Shown here in pieces: positions 50,800 to 60,166 of a stretch of 64,000 nucleotides of DNA. Each line of letters begins with the position of its first letter. Position 1 is the stretch's first letter. Source of the stretch: Candidatus Latescibacterota bacterium (GTDB lineage Bacteria > Latescibacterota > UBA2968 > GCA-2709665); assembly GCA_965205485.1 (NCBI GenBank), contig OZ242180.1, positions 960,001-1,024,000 on the forward strand, given 5' to 3'. Position numbers and translations under genes: made by a program. The notes under the pieces were generated by a model that was given only the letters and a program-made list of their open reading frames with translations, was not told the DNA's origin and did not search any database.

Positions 50800-53700
50800 T
50801 CACAGACCCAGCATCGACAGGGTCCCGTCCGAAGATCCGAGCAGAAGGCGGCCGCCCACGTGCGGCGTCAGCGCGTGAATCTTCGACGCTGTACGGTGAA
50901 CGCCTAGAGTCCGTCCTTCTCCGTCCAGTATCCAAATGCTCCCGTCTTCACACCCGGCCACGATGTCCGTCGCGCCGTCCTGATTCACGTCGGAGGCAAA
51001 CAGCCGCCGTACCGGGGCCTCCAGGTTGCGCCGCCATCGCTCGGTCCCGTTTTCGTCAAACAGGTAGAGGTAGTAACAGTCCGAACCGGCCGCCACCTCG
51101 GGCTTCCCGTCGCCGTCGAGATCCACCGCGGCGACCGCGTGCACTTCTTCGCCCACCTCCCGGGTCCAACGGTACGCCAGCTTCTGACCGTCGAGCCTCA
51201 GCGCGTGCACCTTCGACCGGGTCGTTCCACACGCGATCAGATTGTCGCCATTCCCGTACAGGAACACGTCGCACCCCGGTAGCATCGACGGCCACCCGTC
51301 CAGCCCGTTTTGTGCGATCTCATTTCCGTCCGCATCCAGCACATAGCAGGTACCCCCGCAGGAAATCCTGCCGGGTCCGCCGATCACCTCGGGCAGCCCG
51401 TCGCCGTCCACGTCGGCCAGGCAGAACGGGTCGAAGATCCCGTAGATGAAGAAATTCCAGCGCTTGTTGCCGTCAGCGTCGAAACAATGGAGCTGCCGGT
51501 CGGTGACCGCCGCGAGAATATCCGGCCGCCCCGTTCCTCGAAGGTCCGCGGCCTTGACAAGCTCAACGGAGGAATTGCGCGTATACCATGCCCATCCTCC
51601 ACGGAAAATCTCGAACGTGTGGGACCACTGCACGGCGCCTTCGCCATTCAGATAGTAGAGACATCGGTCATTGGCGCCGGCTGCCACCGGACCGCTCTCG
51701 TCGCCGTTCCTCCCCGCCGCGCACACGGACAGCACCGCGTCCCCGGCCTGAAACGTCCAATCGGTTTCTCCTTCTCGGGACAGCGCCGTCACGCGCCCGT
51801 CCTGCGTCCCCGCAACCACGCCATCACCTTTGCGCGCCACGCATCGGACCGCGGTCCCGAAATCACGCGCCCACAGGGGACGGACGGATTGCGCCGGTCC
51901 CTTTCGGATGGCCGCCCCCGCACCGGAGCGCCATTCGGGCAGTCTCCACAGCGCAGTCGGCACACGTTCGACGGACGCCAGGTCCAACTCGACCGTCACC
52001 GGCTCGTCGCTCTCGAAAAGCGTTGCGTCTCCGCGCAACAACGTGCCTTCGAGCAGGGCGAACCATCCCTCCCCGATCGCGTAAACGTCCGCCTTTCCGG
52101 ATATCGGGCCGACCGCAAACGAACCGTCCGCGCCGCCGGTCCCGATGAGCATTCGCCCCTCCGATCCTTCGATCAGGACAGCAGTGTCGCCGACGCGCCG
52201 CATCCGTACGTCCAGCGGTTTCGCATCATTTGTCGCGTAGAACAGATTGATGAACGTGTGCCGGTCGCCCGCGGCCATCTCCCGGCTGACGGACTGGCGC
52301 AGGATATTGACGAAATCATCCGAATACGGATAGTCCTTCCACCAGTGCCCGAAGGCCTCCCAGTCCCGCTCCATCGTCACCCGGTCGCCTCCGGCGCCTT
52401 CCAGGACGAATCGATCCTCCCGCCCGTTGTCCGGGTCCCTCTGCAGGGTCTCCAGCCGATCCCCATGCAGCGTTGGCGTCCCCAGCGACCGCCAGTTGCA
52501 TTCGAGCGCGAACGTCCCTGCCTCCGTGGCTTCGACCTCGTCGATGACCACGAAGAATCGGCCCTTGAGCCAGACCACGTTCCTTGTCCATCGCGCTCCC
52601 CATTGCCCATCCATCGAGGTCCGGCTCATGCCCGTCCGGTCCAGGTCCGCCACGCCGTCAAGTCGGCACAGGGCGGGAACCTCCCAGGGCTCTCCGTTCC
52701 GGACCGCCGTCACCCCGTTGTGATGTTTCAGGGTGGGCCCTTCCGTGTAAGAGGCATCCACCAGAAACACCCGGTCATTCGCCGAAAACTCCACGATCGT
52801 GTTTCCGTCGTCGTGCCCGTGGTTGCCGTATGAGATCCCGTGGATCATCAGGTACTGATCGTCCCGGTCGAACCCCTCGCGAAAACAGACGGTGTCGAAG
52901 GCGTCGTCGCGCGGCAGATTGAGAGGCTTGACTTCCGACGGCCGCGCCTTCGGGTCCGTGGCGAAGTCGTAGAAGCCGTTCGCAACCTCCAGCACTTGCA
53001 CGCCCGCCATTTCCGATGGCGTTTCCGGCTCCAGGCCGTCTCCATAAAATCTCTCAAATCCATGGATGAGCGACACCCGGTCCGAATGTGAGCGAATCAG
53101 GAACTCCGCGCGGCCGTCCCGCAGCACGTGCCCCGCCTTGGCCAGGAAACTCGCCGGCGGCGGCACCTGGCATCCACCGGAATCGCCGAAGGGCGGCATG
53201 GCTCCCCGGTTGTTGCAGTACATCACCGCCTGGTCCAGCGACCGCCGGCAGTTGCCGTTCTCGATGTACGTCTCGTCCCCGCTGGCCATCGTATAGGTCA
53301 GGAGATGGTCCAGCGTCGTCCACTGGTAGGCATTCGCGTCCTCGGTTGGCTTGAACGATGCCGCCTGCCCCTTGAACAGGTCCGCGGATGCCTCCTGCCA
53401 CTCCTTTGCCTCCGACATCCCGTAATGCGTGGCGAAGTACCGGCCCGCGAACCACGACGACAGGCCCACGAGCGTCTGGTGGTTCTGCCGCAACATCCGG
53501 TGGCCCACACCCTCACGAAAGAATCGGTTATATGCGCCTTCGTGCGAATCCATCAGCCACAGCAGATAGCGCGTAATCCGCAGGCGGTCCTCATCCGAAA
53601 AAACCGGACTTTCCTCGATCAACTCCCAGATCACCGCAAGCCACCAGACGTTAAAATGCGCCATCACGCCGTGCTCACCCATCTTCAGGTGCGCATCCAC

Positions 53701-54396
53701 CGCTTCGCGCAACGCCTTCGCGTGGACCTCGTATCCCGACCGGTGATACGCGAAGCCCTGCCGTCCCGCCTCGGTGACCATCCCGTGCCCTGCACCTGCC
53801 TTCGAGGCGTGCGGCTGGCTGACCTGCCGGATGTAGTCCTCCCGCTGCTCGTCGAGCCAGCCGTCCGGCGGACGTGAGAGTGAATCGAAGGCAGGCCCCA
53901 GCTCGACGTCCATCGACCATCCGAAGCTCACACTCATACCCGTGCCGACTCGCTCCAGAAACCGCGACGCGGCGCGGTCCAGACCGGCTTCGTCGCTGGC
54001 TCCCAACAGGACCACGTTCCTTCCGCTTCCAAGCAGGTTGTGAAGCGTCCGCAGCGTATACCCTCCCTCACCTGGATAACTGAGGTCTTCGATCGCCCAC
54101 CACTGGTAATACAGCCAGCGGACGAAGGGGTTGTCCGCCATATTTCCCAGTGCGACCACGTGCGTATCGAGCAGTCCCTTTGAGGCCGCCACATCCTCGG
54201 CACGGACGACCGGCAGACGGGCGCCCGCGGCCGCCTCGATCCCTTCGGCGATTCGCGCTGCCAGCCGCCGGTGCGCAGGATTCTCCCCGATGACGATCTT
54301 CCCTCCGGGTTGGCCGTCGGCCGCCAGTACCGTCTCCAGGTACATGTCCTTCAACTTTCCGATTTTCAGTCCGACCGACCCCTGATCCGAGTCCAT
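50800..54396 (-). CDS. Lyase-like core + FG-GAP/PQQ-like beta-propeller protein, paralogue 6 (1198 aa)
   Basis: YPGEGGYTLRTLHNLLGSGRNV, RQNHQT, FKPTED, FDTVCFREG..DQYLMIHGISYGNHGHDDGNTI, DVDGDG, DLDGDG, DVNQDG. ATG 54396 with GGAGG RBS. Confidence 0.88.
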   Translation of the reverse strand: MDSDQGSVGLKIGKLKDMYLETVLAADGQPGGKIVIGENPAHRRLAARIAEGIEAAAGARLPVVRAEDVAASKGLLDTHVVALGNMADNPFVRWLYYQWWAIEDLSYPGEGGYTLRTLHNLLGSGRNVVLLGASDEAGLDRAASRFLERVGTGMSVSFGWSMDVELGPAFDSLSRPPDGWLDEQREDYIRQVSQPHASKAGAGHGMVTEAGRQGFAYHRSGYEVHAKALREAVDAHLKMGEHGVMAHFNVWWLAVIWELIEESPVFSDEDRLRITRYLLWLMDSHEGAYNRFFREGVGHRMLRQNHQTLVGLSSWFAGRYFATHYGMSEAKEWQEASADLFKGQAASFKPTEDANAYQWTTLDHLLTYTMASGDETYIENGNCRRSLDQAVMYCNNRGAMPPFGDSGGCQVPPPASFLAKAGHVLRDGRAEFLIRSHSDRVSLIHGFERFYGDGLEPETPSEMAGVQVLEVANGFYDFATDPKARPSEVKPLNLPRDDAFDTVCFREGFDRDDQYLMIHGISYGNHGHDDGNTIVEFSANDRVFLVDASYTEGPTLKHHNGVTAVRNGEPWEVPALCRLDGVADLDRTGMSRTSMDGQWGARWTRNVVWLKGRFFVVIDEVEATEAGTFALECNWRSLGTPTLHGDRLETLQRDPDNGREDRFVLEGAGGDRVTMERDWEAFGHWWKDYPYSDDFVNILRQSVSREMAAGDRHTFINLFYATNDAKPLDVRMRRVGDTAVLIEGSEGRMLIGTGGADGSFAVGPISGKADVYAIGEGWFALLEGTLLRGDATLFESDEPVTVELDLASVERVPTALWRLPEWRSGAGAAIRKGPAQSVRPLWARDFGTAVRCVARKGDGVVAGTQDGRVTALSREGETDWTFQAGDAVLSVCAAGRNGDESGPVAAGANDRCLYYLNGEGAVQWSHTFEIFRGGWAWYTRNSSVELVKAADLRGTGRPDILAAVTDRQLHCFDADGNKRWNFFIYGIFDPFCLADVDGDGLPEVIGGPGRISCGGTCYVLDADGNEIAQNGLDGWPSMLPGCDVFLYGNGDNLIACGTTRSKVHALRLDGQKLAYRWTREVGEEVHAVAAVDLDGDGKPEVAAGSDCYYLYLFDENGTERWRRNLEAPVRRLFASDVNQDGATDIVAGCEDGSIWILDGEGRTLGVHRTASKIHALTPHVGGRLLLGSSDGTLSMLGL

Positions 54397-54420
54397 ATTT
54401 CCTCCTGCCCGCGGTCCCAC

Positions 54421-57400
54421 TCACGGGCGGTCATCCACCCGCCACCGGCTGATCTCCCCCTGGTCCGTCGCCAATACAACGGCGCCGTCCGCCGTCAAGA
54501 TGCAGGTCGGCCTCCCGGTCAACCTGCCCGACAGGACAACCTCGCCGCCGCCGTCTAGGATGACAAGGGTCCCGTCTTCGCAACCCGCCGCCACCCTCGC
54601 GCCGCTCTCCGCCCTAACTGCCGCCATCACCGCCGGCGGAGACGGCAGCCGCCTCGCCCAGAGCTTCTCACATCGGTGATCGAGGGCGAGAATCAGCCCG
54701 CCCGACAACGCGGCGAGGAGCTCCTTTCTTCCGTCGCCATCCAGGTCGAAGACGTCGAAGTCCCGCACGTTGTCCGACGGAATGCGCTGCCCCGGGCCCA
54801 GATGTACGTTGTGCAGGGCGCGCCCGTCCTCCGTCCAGACCGTCACCCGGTTCCAGGTCCCGTTGATCTCGCTGACCACTTCCTTCCGGCCGTCTCCGTC
54901 CAGGTCCTCGTAGAAGATGTGCTTCCGGCTCATACAGGCCCATCCGCCGATACTCGTATTTCCGTCCGGCACGTCGTGGAAGGCGCGCTGCTTCGGGTCC
55001 AGTTCGCGATTGTTCACGACGGCCATCGCGTGGGAATCCGTGGGCTGCCGCGCGATCAGCAGATCGATGCTGCCCTCGGGCCCGTCGATCAGGGCGAACC
55101 GGGAACCCGGGCCCCAGAAAACCGGGAGCCGTTTCACCAGGTTCCCGCTTTCGTCCAAAATCTCGAGCGTGCAGGCGCTGCCGACGAATGCCTGGCTTTT
55201 GCCATCCAGAAAAACGCCGGAATGCAGTCCGTGAACGCCGGCATGTCCCGGCGCCGTCTTGAACCAGTAGGGTTTCGCGGCCCTGAACACGGCGGGGTCT
55301 TCCTCGGAGACGAAGACCCATTTCCGGTCGCCGGAATCCGGATCGAACGCGATGACCCTTTCGTCCTCGCACCCGGCCAGAAGGAGGTCGTGCTCCCCCC
55401 ACCAGTGGAGGAGACGGATGGGACCGTCGGTCGGCAGGGTCCGGAGAATTTCTCCTTCCTGCGACAGCACGTGGACATTCCGGCCTTCGGCCGCACAGAT
55501 CAGCGTTTTCCCGCCGGAATCCGCCGTGACCATGTCCACCACGCCGCCACCCACAGGGGAAGCGAAAACCGGCGATATTGACGGGACATCCGGCATAACG
55601 GGCGATGGCGCGGCCGCGGTTTGCCGTCTGGCATCCCGGCCCTGCTCCAGAAGGCCCGAGAGCCGCGCCGTCACCCTTTCAAGCGCGGCCGCGTCGGGCG
55701 CCGCGCCGGTAATTGAATGCCTCCCCGCGGGGATTCGGATCGTCTCAGGGCCCGGTCCATCCCCACCGTACTCCGGTACGCTTCCGTCGACGCGCACGCC
55801 GCGCGGATCGGAAACGGCCAGCCGGATTTCGGTCTCTTCATCCACAACCAGCTCCAGCACGCCATTGTGAAAGTCCCAGTCGACCTGAACCGGCGCGCTT
55901 GCCCGGAGCAGCGAGGCGCCCAGCGCCGCCGTGGTCAGATTGACGCCGTGCAGATGGTCTCCGGCCAGCACAACCAGATCGCCGTTCAGTCCCTCGTAAT
56001 CTCCCGTGGCGGCCACGGCCGGCTCCGGGAGCGCCAATGCCGCGGCGTTTTCGGCCAACCGCACGCACGCCGTCCCGTCTCCTGCCAGCAGCGAAAACCA
56101 GCATCTCCCGCTTCCCTTCTCCACCGTCCCCCGCCACAGCATGCGGGCCTGGCTTTCCGCAACGGCGGTCTCTACCGGATCCGACATACAGATCCGGGCG
56201 ATATCGCGGATGCGCGCGGCGCCGCCATCCGGCAGTGCCGCCCACGCGCCTTTCCCCTGCCAGAGGAACTCCACCTCCAGTTCCTCGCTGTCCGCCCGGA
56301 AATCCAGACGGTCGACAAACAGCGCGTACCGGCCGACGCGCTGCGCCAGTGTCCTGCGCCAGGCGCAGAACGCCGCCCTAGGTACCTCTGCCGCAACAAC
56401 GGCGGTCCCCCCGACCACGTCCCGGTACTTGAGCGCGGAATCCATCGCCACCACCGGCTCCACCATCCCCTCGGAACGCGTCAACACCTGGTTCAGGTAG
56501 CCTTCCAGCAGCGTTTCTCCATCCAGTCGAAGTTCCAGAACGACAAAGGTGTGATACGCGTTTCGGGACGCGCCGTTCATTCCCTTCACCAGGATGAAAT
56601 CTCCGCTTGAATCCGCTGCGCTCCGAAAACTGCCGAACAGATACGATTCCTCCAGCGGCAGTCCGCTGTGACGGTCCCCCCACAGCGGCTCGGGGATGGG
56701 ATGGATTGACCACCGGTTCACAAGATCCGCGGGCAGGCGGGGCTCGATATCGTCTTCCGGCCAGAAAGACTGCCCCAGCCGGAAGATGTCCAGGTCCATC
56801 CCGGTCCGGCGCAGGTATTCGCGGTAACGGCCGTCTCCGGTCAGATAGGCGGCCTTGTTGAGAAACCCGATGGACGCGGAATTCAGGGCCCAGTCGGGTT
56901 CGCGCCCCGAGGCGAGGATCTCCTGCCCGCGAAGCAGGTTGGCCATGACGCCGTTTTCAATGGGTTTACGGTCGCCCGTAAGCAACATATAGCTCAGAAT
57001 AGGGGCCATTCCCGTATTGTACCAAAACAGATTGTCGTGTTCCCCGTCCACCAGGGCGTGGTGATGCAGTGATGCGAAATGCCATCTGGCGGCCTCCATG
57101 GATTGCTCCCAGAGCGTGCTGGGGTAGTGGCTGTTGAAGTAACGGCCGAGACAGTACAGCGAAATCGCGGACCACTGCCCATGCCGCGACCCCACGCTGT
57201 GCGGGGGATCTCCGAATCCACTCGTGCCGCTACGCACGTTTTCAACGACCCGCCGCCTGGCGCCCTGGTCCTGCGCGTGGCCGAACTGTGCGGCGAACGC
57301 GTTGGTCACACGCAGGCGTTCATCGTCCGTAAACACGGGGCTTTCTTCAATCAGATCCCAGTACAGGATCATCATATGCGCGTTGTAGTGGTAGGGTCCG

Positions 57401-58137
57401 CTCAGCGGCTCGTCCTTGTTTTCGATCCGCTCTCCGTCGATTTCCGTGATCTCCGCCATCGCACGGTCGTCCGGGAAGGCCAGCCGGATGGCTTCCCGCG
57501 CGTGAAAGGCGTCTCCGGTCATGTAGTACATCGCCATTCGCTTGCTGATGCTGTTCCACCCGAAATACCCCACCGAACCGTACCCGGCGGACGCCTCCCA
57601 GGTCTCGAATTCCCGGATGTCCCCGGGAACCTGGATTCCCCGCCCCAGCTCGATCTCCATCAGCCAGCCCAGCGAGAGTTCGCCTTCCCCCGCTTTTGCT
57701 TCCGACACCTTCCCCGCCAGCACGCCGGCCGCCGCTTCCACACCCTCCGCATCGCTTCCGCCCACGAAGATCACATTGTGCCCGTTGCCGAACGGATTGT
57801 GAAGCGACCGGACCTCGTACCCGCCCGGCCCCGGATAGCGCAGGTCCAACAGCGTGTAGTACTGGTTATAGAGCGATTCTATCGTTCGGTTGTCGGACCG
57901 GTTGCCCAGCACGATCAGATGTCCGGAGATGGGCACGGCTCCGGCCGCGGACAGGTCATCGTCAACGGGTACGAGCACGCCGGTCTTCGCCTGAATCGCC
58001 GCCTGAACGCGATTTGCGGCCCCGGCGTAGCGTCCGTCTTCCGGAACCACGATCGTTGCGTTCGGCCGGCCGTTACGGACCAGTTCCGTATCGAGATTCA
58101 GGTCCTTCAGTTCCGAGTACACTGGTGGAATACGCAT
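54421..58137 (-). CDS. Lyase-like core + FG-GAP/PQQ-like beta-propeller protein, paralogue 7 (1238 aa, divergent core)
   Basis: LKDLNLDTEL, LGNRSDN, YPGPGGYEVRSLHNPFGNGHNV, GSRHGQWSAISLYCLGRYF, DLDGDG twice. Confidence 0.85.
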   Translation of the reverse strand: MRIPPVYSELKDLNLDTELVRNGRPNATIVVPEDGRYAGAANRVQAAIQAKTGVLVPVDDDLSAAGAVPISGHLIVLGNRSDNRTIESLYNQYYTLLDLRYPGPGGYEVRSLHNPFGNGHNVIFVGGSDAEGVEAAAGVLAGKVSEAKAGEGELSLGWLMEIELGRGIQVPGDIREFETWEASAGYGSVGYFGWNSISKRMAMYYMTGDAFHAREAIRLAFPDDRAMAEITEIDGERIENKDEPLSGPYHYNAHMMILYWDLIEESPVFTDDERLRVTNAFAAQFGHAQDQGARRRVVENVRSGTSGFGDPPHSVGSRHGQWSAISLYCLGRYFNSHYPSTLWEQSMEAARWHFASLHHHALVDGEHDNLFWYNTGMAPILSYMLLTGDRKPIENGVMANLLRGQEILASGREPDWALNSASIGFLNKAAYLTGDGRYREYLRRTGMDLDIFRLGQSFWPEDDIEPRLPADLVNRWSIHPIPEPLWGDRHSGLPLEESYLFGSFRSAADSSGDFILVKGMNGASRNAYHTFVVLELRLDGETLLEGYLNQVLTRSEGMVEPVVAMDSALKYRDVVGGTAVVAAEVPRAAFCAWRRTLAQRVGRYALFVDRLDFRADSEELEVEFLWQGKGAWAALPDGGAARIRDIARICMSDPVETAVAESQARMLWRGTVEKGSGRCWFSLLAGDGTACVRLAENAAALALPEPAVAATGDYEGLNGDLVVLAGDHLHGVNLTTAALGASLLRASAPVQVDWDFHNGVLELVVDEETEIRLAVSDPRGVRVDGSVPEYGGDGPGPETIRIPAGRHSITGAAPDAAALERVTARLSGLLEQGRDARRQTAAAPSPVMPDVPSISPVFASPVGGGVVDMVTADSGGKTLICAAEGRNVHVLSQEGEILRTLPTDGPIRLLHWWGEHDLLLAGCEDERVIAFDPDSGDRKWVFVSEEDPAVFRAAKPYWFKTAPGHAGVHGLHSGVFLDGKSQAFVGSACTLEILDESGNLVKRLPVFWGPGSRFALIDGPEGSIDLLIARQPTDSHAMAVVNNRELDPKQRAFHDVPDGNTSIGGWACMSRKHIFYEDLDGDGRKEVVSEINGTWNRVTVWTEDGRALHNVHLGPGQRIPSDNVRDFDVFDLDGDGRKELLAALSGGLILALDHRCEKLWARRLPSPPAVMAAVRAESGARVAAGCEDGTLVILDGGGEVVLSGRLTGRPTCILTADGAVVLATDQGEISRWRVDDRP

Positions 58138-58173
58138 CGGATTATTACCTCCGTTACATGTGGAGCTACTGAA

Positions 58174-60141
58174 TCAATACGCGTGAACTCCGTGACCCTG
58201 ACCAGGGAAAAAGATCACGTCCAGAACGTAACCCAGGGGAACGGCCAACGCGTATCCGACAATGGTCCCGATAAAGAACGGCACGGTCCGCCGATAGAGC
58301 AGCATGCCGCCGGTCTTGATCACGACAAACTTGCAGACCCATGCGGCAAAGATGCTGAAGGCCGCGTGCCTCGTCATGCCGGTGTAGCCCACCGCCAGCC
58401 CGGCCGGGTGCACCGGCCACCAGTTGAACCGGTATCGCAGGAACGCCAGCAGGGCCATCCCCGCGGCGCCGGCCGCAAAGAGGATGAACGACGCCGCGTG
58501 AACGGGATCCGGGCTGCGCATGTGGCTGACGTATCCGTTCACGCTCGGCACGGTTCTCCGGAAGAGCGCGATACTGCCGAAATTGTACGCCCCGCCGGAA
58601 TATCCCCAATAGAGCGTCAGGGCCACGGAAGTCGCGATGCTCGTCAGCAGGCCCAGCCCCACGACCCACCCCAGCTGCTTGCGGTGGCGCTCGACCCGTT
58701 CGGCCAGCTTTGCAATCTGCGCGAAGGCCGGCATGAACAATCCCATGTGGTCGTTTGCGAACACATTGGTAAACGCCATGGCCGTGAGCCCTTGCGCCGG
58801 AATGGACGCCGCGCCCGCGGTGCCCAGAATAAGCCCCTGGGCGCTCTGCGGCAGGTTGACGTAGAGCAGACCGGTCTGCGCCACGATCCGCGCGAGACCC
58901 AGGTAACTGAGGAACAGCAGCACGGTCAACGCCGTGGACAGGAGCAGTCCCATACCGGCCATCTGCAACCAGCAGATGACAAAAGCCACTCCCAGAACCA
59001 GCCCCCACACCGCCCATCGGTACCGCATGAGTTCTCCCGAGTCCTCCGCGCCGTCCGCTCGACCCAGCGCACGGCGAACCACCCGCCTGAGGTGCCCCCG
59101 GGCCGTCCACAGCGCCAGGCCCACGTAACACATCATCGCCCCGCCGCCCTGCCACGACACGTCTCCGCCGGAGAATCCCGCAACCCCCAGTCCAATCCGG
59201 GCGAACGCCGCGATCTCCATAATGTAGAACAGATGAAACAGCCAGATGCTCAGCAGAAGGTCCAGCCCCGTCATGTACGCGAACCCGATGGTATAGAAAT
59301 TGAGGCTCACGTGGACCATCGAGTACTGTGTAAAGTACACCCACAACTGCTGGTGAAACAGACGGATCATCGGGAATCCGTGCACGAAGGCGGGCACCAG
59401 ATTCCAGACCTTGATCGCCAGCGCGACCGACAATCCCGCAATGAACAGCCGGTTCCGCAACAGCCCGGCCCATTCGCCTCTGCCGGCGGCCCCCTCCGCC
59501 ATGTCCGCGGCCACCGAGGGAATGGGATAGGCCAGCCGTTCGTGCCCGGACCACTGCCGGTGAAGCACTGCAACCGTACAGAACGAAACCAGCGCCATAC
59601 CGCCCAGCAGCGCCGTCCACCAGAAGAGGGGAACAGCCCATTCGCCCCAGGGAATCCCCTCCCCGGGGGGAAGACCCTCGAAGAGCCATCTCATGGCTCC
59701 CTGCGCGTTGGACGGCACCATCCATCCGGGCACGTGGGGCAGGAGGTACTCTCCCCACTGGTTCTCCGGCGTGGCGAGATAATGCGGGATGGCCAGCATG
59801 CCGATCCAGGTCGTGGACAGACCGAACGTCGGCACCATACCCCCCGCCAGGCCCGCGCACAGCGCCACCAGGAGTTCAGGGCCGGACATCGCCAATCTGG
59901 GAGCGAACCGCCGGAGGACCGGAGTCGCCAGGACGAGGATCAGGAACGGAACGAACACGCCCATGGGGAAATGGGTCCGGTTCAGCCATGATCCCCGGAT
60001 GATATAGAGCGAGTGCAGGCTCCAGAAATTGTGCAGGGCGGCAATTCCCAGGCCCAGGCTCAGGGCGCGCGCCGAAACCCCGCGTATCGCCAATTTCGCG
60101 CCGGCTATCCCGGCTTCGCGTTGCCCGGCAGGACTCGCCAT
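58174..60141 (-). CDS. Polytopic membrane protein, DUF6785/DUF6784-like (putative oligomer transporter)
   Basis: About 15 or more hydrophobic segments. Motifs ATPENQW, IPWGEWAVPLFWW, QWSGHERLAYP, RIVAQTG, RYRFNWWPVHPAG. Confidence 0.75.
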   Translation of the reverse strand: MASPAGQREAGIAGAKLAIRGVSARALSLGLGIAALHNFWSLHSLYIIRGSWLNRTHFPMGVFVPFLILVLATPVLRRFAPRLAMSGPELLVALCAGLAGGMVPTFGLSTTWIGMLAIPHYLATPENQWGEYLLPHVPGWMVPSNAQGAMRWLFEGLPPGEGIPWGEWAVPLFWWTALLGGMALVSFCTVAVLHRQWSGHERLAYPIPSVAADMAEGAAGRGEWAGLLRNRLFIAGLSVALAIKVWNLVPAFVHGFPMIRLFHQQLWVYFTQYSMVHVSLNFYTIGFAYMTGLDLLLSIWLFHLFYIMEIAAFARIGLGVAGFSGGDVSWQGGGAMMCYVGLALWTARGHLRRVVRRALGRADGAEDSGELMRYRWAVWGLVLGVAFVICWLQMAGMGLLLSTALTVLLFLSYLGLARIVAQTGLLYVNLPQSAQGLILGTAGAASIPAQGLTAMAFTNVFANDHMGLFMPAFAQIAKLAERVERHRKQLGWVVGLGLLTSIATSVALTLYWGYSGGAYNFGSIALFRRTVPSVNGYVSHMRSPDPVHAASFILFAAGAAGMALLAFLRYRFNWWPVHPAGLAVGYTGMTRHAAFSIFAAWVCKFVVIKTGGMLLYRRTVPFFIGTIVGYALAVPLGYVLDVIFFPGQGHGVHAY

Positions 60142-60166
60142 ACAACATATTCCTCAGTTGGCCCGT

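Noticed and set aside
58166..59860. 564-aa alternative-frame ORF on the minus strand
   Set aside because: Out-of-frame overlap with the DUF6785-like gene, with the Arg/Gly/Ala-rich composition typical of non-coding frames.
57079..59991. 970-aa plus-strand ORF, and similar long ORFs at 165-1235, 4634-6034, 12940-14772, 20060-21436, 33041-34921, 46216-47772 and 51310-52833
   Set aside because: Antisense shadows of well-supported genes, expected from high-GC codon bias. No recognisable motifs.
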